Shown here: positions 60,202 to 64,000 of the stretch, piece by piece | Layout of the letters: each line of letters starts with the position of its first letter | Numbering within the stretch: position 1 is the stretch's first letter | The notes under the pieces: model-generated | The model's input: only the letters and a program-made list of their open reading frames with translations | Told to the model about the DNA's origin: nothing | The model's database searches: none | Position numbers and translations under genes: made by a program | Origin: Chromatiales bacterium | GTDB taxonomy: Bacteria; Pseudomonadota; Gammaproteobacteria; Chromatiales; Chromatiaceae | Assembly: GCA_030145485.1 (NCBI GenBank) | Contig: JAQYVP010000084.1 | Span: 1,900-65,899 of the forward strand | Reading direction: 5' to 3' | Length of the DNA: 64,000 nt

Positions 60202-61238
60202 TGGCTAAAAAACCTGCCATCGAGTTGCGCACAACGCCGCATATTCATGCGCCGCAGGATGTGATAATGATCATGCGCAACGTAGTGTATGCCTCCCTTC
60301 CCATGGCGGCCTGGGCTGTCTGGCAATATGGCTTGAGCGCCCTGATGCTGCTGCTTGTTGTCGTTGCCAGCTGCATGCTGAGCGAGCGCGTGCTCAATGC
60401 GAAACAGGGCAACACTCTGGGTGACTGGTCAGCCGCTATTACCGGTATCCTGCTGTTTCTCACTCTGCCTCCAGGTTTCCCCCTGTGGATGGGCGTCATC
60501 GCCGGGTTTAGTGCGATTGGCCTGGGCAAGGCGTTGTTTGGCGGGCTGGGGATGAATGTTTTCAACCCTGCGCTGGTGGGACGCGCCTTTGTACAGGCCG
60601 CCTTTCCGGTGGCCATCACCAGTTGGACGCCGGCGTTCTTTGATGGCCGCTTTACCACCCTGATTCCTTCGACGCTGACGGCGCCTTTCATGATCCCGCC
60701 AGAGACGGGCGAATGGAATATGCAGGTGGCGGTGGACGCATTCACAGGCGCCACCCCGCTTGGGTTGCAAAAGTTTGACGCTGTAAGCACTCCTGTGCTG
60801 GATTTACTCACCGGTATGACAGCGGGTTCCGCCGGCGAGTCTGCAGCATTGATCATCCTCGTGTGCGGTCTCTATCTGGCATTTCGCGGCATGCTGGACT
60901 GGCGCATACCTGTTGCGGTTATGGCTGGAACCGCAATCACCGCTGCGGTATTCCATTTCATCGACCCGGTGGCTTATCCTGACGCCATGTTCATGCTGTT
61001 TTCCGGCGGACTCATGTTGGGCGCCTGGTTCATGGCGTCGGACATGGTCGGTTCGCCCGTAACGCCCGCAGGTGTGATCATCTACGGGCTGCTGATAGGG
61101 TTCGTTACCGTCATTATCCGCCTGTTTGGCGGACTGACCGAGGGTGTCATGTATGCCATACTGCTGGGCAATGCCGTCACTCCTCTCATCGATCAAGTCA
61201 CACAGCCACGGGTATTTGGCCACAGGAAATCTTCATGA
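60201..61238 (+). CDS. rnfD: Rnf complex subunit D
   Basis: Polytopic NqrB/RnfD family with the TGATPL flavinylation motif. The ATG overlaps the rnfC TGA. Confidence 0.9.
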   Translation: MAKKPAIELRTTPHIHAPQDVIMIMRNVVYASLPMAAWAVWQYGLSALMLLLVVVASCMLSERVLNAKQGNTLGDWSAAITGILLFLTLPPGFPLWMGVIAGFSAIGLGKALFGGLGMNVFNPALVGRAFVQAAFPVAITSWTPAFFDGRFTTLIPSTLTAPFMIPPETGEWNMQVAVDAFTGATPLGLQKFDAVSTPVLDLLTGMTAGSAGESAALIILVCGLYLAFRGMLDWRIPVAVMAGTAITAAVFHFIDPVAYPDAMFMLFSGGLMLGAWFMASDMVGSPVTPAGVIIYGLLIGFVTVIIRLFGGLTEGVMYAILLGNAVTPLIDQVTQPRVFGHRKSS

Positions 61239-61924
61239 GCACTGCTGAGCAGCAGCTGCAGGTTCCTCAGAGCCCCAGCATCTCCATGATGGTGGTGCTC
61301 AGCAGCATCGCCATGGTGTCGGGGTTTCTGGTGGTGTTGGTCTCCCAGTTGACTGCTCCAATCATCGCCGAGAATCAACGCAGGGCGATCGAACGGGCGC
61401 TGGTTCAGGTAATCCCCGGTTCAGTCAGTCATGAGGAATTTCTGTTGCAGGATGGAAAGCTGCTGCCTGCAGAAGATTCGGCTGCGGGTGAAAGCGTCTA
61501 TGCAGGCTATGACGCCAATGGCGAACTGGTGGGCATTGCAGCGCGCGCCGCCGCCCAGGGCTATGCGGATATGATTCACCTGCTGTATGGCTATGACCCG
61601 GCCTGTGAATGTATTCGCGGGATTAAAGTGCTGAAGATGGCGGAAACTCCCGGGTTAGGGGACAAAATCATCAAGGATGCCGATTTCCTGGCCAATTTTG
61701 ATGCACTTGATGCCAGTGTGGATATGCAGCAAATGGCACTGGTGAATCCTATTATCATGGTCAAACACGGCAGCAAGCAGCATCCATGGGAGATAGATGC
61801 GATATCCGGCGCCACTATCTCCGCCAAGGCTGTAGGCAAAGCTTTGAACCAGTCGGCGCAGGCGCTGCTGCCGCAACTGCTGCCGCTCATGCAGCAGTTG
61901 GAACGGCAGGAGCAGCAGCCATGA
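61235..61924 (+). CDS. rnfG: Rnf complex subunit G
   Basis: N-terminal anchor and an FMN-binding domain with the SGATISAKAV motif. Confidence 0.82.
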   Translation: MSTAEQQLQVPQSPSISMMVVLSSIAMVSGFLVVLVSQLTAPIIAENQRRAIERALVQVIPGSVSHEEFLLQDGKLLPAEDSAAGESVYAGYDANGELVGIAARAAAQGYADMIHLLYGYDPACECIRGIKVLKMAETPGLGDKIIKDADFLANFDALDASVDMQQMALVNPIIMVKHGSKQHPWEIDAISGATISAKAVGKALNQSAQALLPQLLPLMQQLERQEQQP

Positions 61925-62580
61925 GTCAACGCAGGAGTGATCCACATATTACCTGGGATAGCTTTTCCGAAGGACTATGGAGAAACAACCCGGTGTTTGT
62001 CATGCTGCTGGGGATGTGTCCGGTGCTGGCCGTGACCAATTCTGCCATGAATGCTCTGGCGATGGGGCTGGCAACCACTTTCGTACTGGTGGCTTCCGGT
62101 TACCTGGTGTCACTGTTGAGCCGATTCATTCCTCGCCAGGTGCGCATCGCCACCTACATCGTCATCATCGCCACCTTTGTCACCATCATCGACTATGTGA
62201 TCCAGGCAATCTCTCTTGATCTCTACAATTCACTGGGCGCTTTCATCCAGCTGATCGTGGTGAACTGCATGATTCTGGGACGGGCGGAAGCCTATGCATC
62301 CAAAAACCGCCCCATGAAATCAGTGGTGAATGCACTGGGTATGGGAGCCGGTTTTACCTTTGCCCTGCTGTGTTTGGGAGGCGTACGCGAATTGCTGGGC
62401 ACCGGCGCCCTGTTTGGCTTTGATCTGTTTGGTCCGCAATTTCAGCCATGGGTGGTGATGGTTCTGCCTCCCGGCGGCTTCCTGGTTCTGGGAGCCTGGC
62501 TGCTGCTGTTTGACTGGTTGAAGCAGCGCCGCGAGCAGAAACAACTGGCAATATCCGGAGAGCAAACCAATGCAGTCTGA
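61921..62580 (+). CDS. rnfE: Rnf complex subunit E
   Basis: GLWRNNPVFVMLLGMCP signature of RnfE/NqrD. ATGA overlap with rnfG. Confidence 0.9.
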   Translation: MSQRRSDPHITWDSFSEGLWRNNPVFVMLLGMCPVLAVTNSAMNALAMGLATTFVLVASGYLVSLLSRFIPRQVRIATYIVIIATFVTIIDYVIQAISLDLYNSLGAFIQLIVVNCMILGRAEAYASKNRPMKSVVNALGMGAGFTFALLCLGGVRELLGTGALFGFDLFGPQFQPWVVMVLPPGGFLVLGAWLLLFDWLKQRREQKQLAISGEQTNAV

Positions 62581-63154
62581 TTCCCTTATATTTATCTTTT
62601 TGAATACTGTACTGGCGAATAACTTCGTACTAGCGATGTTCCTGGGTCTGTGTCCTTTTCTGGGGGTATCCGGCAAGCTCAACACGGCTGTCCCCATGGG
62701 TATCGCCACTATGTTCGTCATGCTGGTGAGTTCAGTCTGTGCATTTGCCATCAACAAGGTGCTGGTTGCCCTGGATATTGAATTTTTACGCCTGATCGCT
62801 TACATCGCCATCATCGCTAGCGCCGTACAGCTGGTTGAGATGGGACTCAAAAAATACAGCCCCACTCTGTTCCGCTCTCTGGGGATTTTTCTGCCGCTGA
62901 TTACGACCAACTGCGCCATCCTTGGTCTGGCACTGTTTCAGACCTTCAAGGAGTACAATTTCAGCCAGTCACTGGTTTATGCCGTAGGAGCAGGGATCGG
63001 GTTTATCCTGGCGATTACGTTGATGGCGGGGTTGCGGGAAAAACTTCTCTTATCCACTTTGCCCAGCGTCACACAGGGTGCGGCACTGAGTCTTATGCTG
63101 GGAGGATTGCTTTCGCTCACTTTTATGGGTTTTGCAGGCTTGGGAAATCTCTGA
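62570..63154 (+). CDS. rnfA: Rnf complex subunit A
   Basis: NNFVLAMFLGLCPFLGVS signature of RnfA/NqrE. 11-nt overlap with rnfE. Confidence 0.9.
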   Translation: MQSDSLIFIFLNTVLANNFVLAMFLGLCPFLGVSGKLNTAVPMGIATMFVMLVSSVCAFAINKVLVALDIEFLRLIAYIAIIASAVQLVEMGLKKYSPTLFRSLGIFLPLITTNCAILGLALFQTFKEYNFSQSLVYAVGAGIGFILAITLMAGLREKLLLSTLPSVTQGAALSLMLGGLLSLTFMGFAGLGNL

Positions 63155-63156
63155 AT

Positions 63157-63345
63157 ATGTGGCAATATGTGATCGCGATGATCCTTGTGCCTGTGCTGCT
63201 CATCGGCTGGCTGATCATCCAGCAGTTGGGGCGGCGCTCTGCCAAAGCGCACCCGGAGATGGGCGCCTATCGGGAAGAGGGAGGCGGCTGCGGAAAGAGT
63301 TGCGGCTGTCATGGCGGCAGCTGTAAGAATAAGAACAAGGAGTGA
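63157..63345 (+). CDS. Small membrane-anchored Cys-rich protein (resembles FeoB-associated Cys-rich family)
   Basis: 62 aa; one N-terminal TM helix, then GGGCGKSCGCHGGSCKNKNKE. The ATG lies 2 nt after the rnfA stop. Confidence 0.5.
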   Translation: MWQYVIAMILVPVLLIGWLIIQQLGRRSAKAHPEMGAYREEGGGCGKSCGCHGGSCKNKNKE

Positions 63346-63362
63346 GTAATAAGATGAATAGC

Positions 63363-63503
63363 AGCAATTCTCAATGTACCAATATAGTGCCAACACCTAA
63401 AAAGACTTTTACCACGAAGGACACGAAGATCACGAAGAATCAACAGAGTATTAAAGGTCTTCGTGTCCTTCGTGGTGAGCTTCTCTCTACATTTAGAATT
63501 GCT
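63363..63503 (+). mobile_element. MITE family A, copy A3 (141 bp)
   Basis: Same termini and core. Perfect 10-bp duplication GATGAATAGC at 63353-63362 and 63504-63513, which includes the ppsR ATG. Confidence 0.9.
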
Positions 63504-63504
63504 G

Positions 63505-64000
63505 ATGAATAGCTCTGAAACTGACAAGAATGCGGCTGTTCGCACGGTCTTTTTTGTGTCGGACGGCACGGGATTGACGGCGGAGTCTTATGGCAAGAGC
63601 TTGCTGGCGCAGTTTCCCGAACTGGAGTTTGTCACTGTCACCCTGGCATTTGTGGATACGCAGGAGAAGGCGAGGCTGGCCGGTGACCAGATTAACATGG
63701 AAAAGACCCGCTCAGGGTTCAGGCCTGTGGTTTTCAGCACTCTGGTTGATGAGGTTGAACAGGCGATTATCGAATGCTGCAGCGCCTGTGTGATCAACCT
63801 GTTTCATGCATTTCTCGGCCCGCTGGAAAACTGTTTTGGTGTGGAATCGGCGCATACCCAGGGAATGTCGCGTACGGTCCTTGGAGACAAAAGTTACCTG
63901 CTGCGGCTGGATGCTATCGATTATTCGCTGGCCCATGATGATGGTGTGCGCCCGGATCAATACTACGAGGCGGACGTAATCCTGGTGGGTGTCTCGCGCT
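63505..64000 (+). CDS. ppsR: PEP synthase regulatory protein (pyruvate, water dikinase kinase/phosphorylase), 5' partial in window
   Basis: Hand translation MNSSETDKNAAVRTVFFVSDGTGLTAE...IDYSLAHDDG...VILVGVSR matches the PpsR/DUF299 family. It runs off the window end and is absent from the ORF track for that reason. Confidence 0.85.
   Translation, partial: MNSSETDKNAAVRTVFFVSDGTGLTAESYGKSLLAQFPELEFVTVTLAFVDTQEKARLAGDQINMEKTRSGFRPVVFSTLVDEVEQAIIECCSACVINLFHAFLGPLENCFGVESAHTQGMSRTVLGDKSYLLRLDAIDYSLAHDDGVRPDQYYEADVILVGVSR

Overview
This 64-kb window is mostly conserved housekeeping and energy-metabolism genes from a GC-rich proteobacterium. The synteny looks gammaproteobacterial (petABC-sspAB; kdsC-lptCAB-rpoN-hpf-ptsN-hprK; rlmN-pilF-rodZ-hisS-yfgM-bamB-der). 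A chemolithoautotrophic lifestyle is inferred from gene content: phosphoribulokinase, HiPIP, cytochrome bc1, several c-type cytochromes and two PFOR systems. I call about 60 protein genes and found no rRNA, tRNA or CRISPR. The strongest candidate for a new system is at 53.0-63.3 kb. There an Rnf ion-translocating NADH:ferredoxin oxidoreductase operon is split between rnfB and rnfC by one 1642-aa pyruvate/2-oxoacid:ferredoxin oxidoreductase. That enzyme has two large internal insertions and a fused C-terminal ferredoxin domain. A translationally coupled Cys-rich mini-protein follows rnfA. A LysR regulator and a plant-type FNR lie upstream, and ppsR lies downstream. A second, canonical NifJ-type PFOR (28.4-32.0 kb) is translationally coupled to a dihydroorotate-dehydrogenase-like protein that lacks the catalytic motif. 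The second theme is a dense set of small non-autonomous repeats: at least seven MITE/REP families in more than 20 copies. Several have readable target-site duplications, one insertion is nested inside another, and one sits exactly on the ppsR start codon. All functional calls rest on motif and family recognition by eye; no database search was run.
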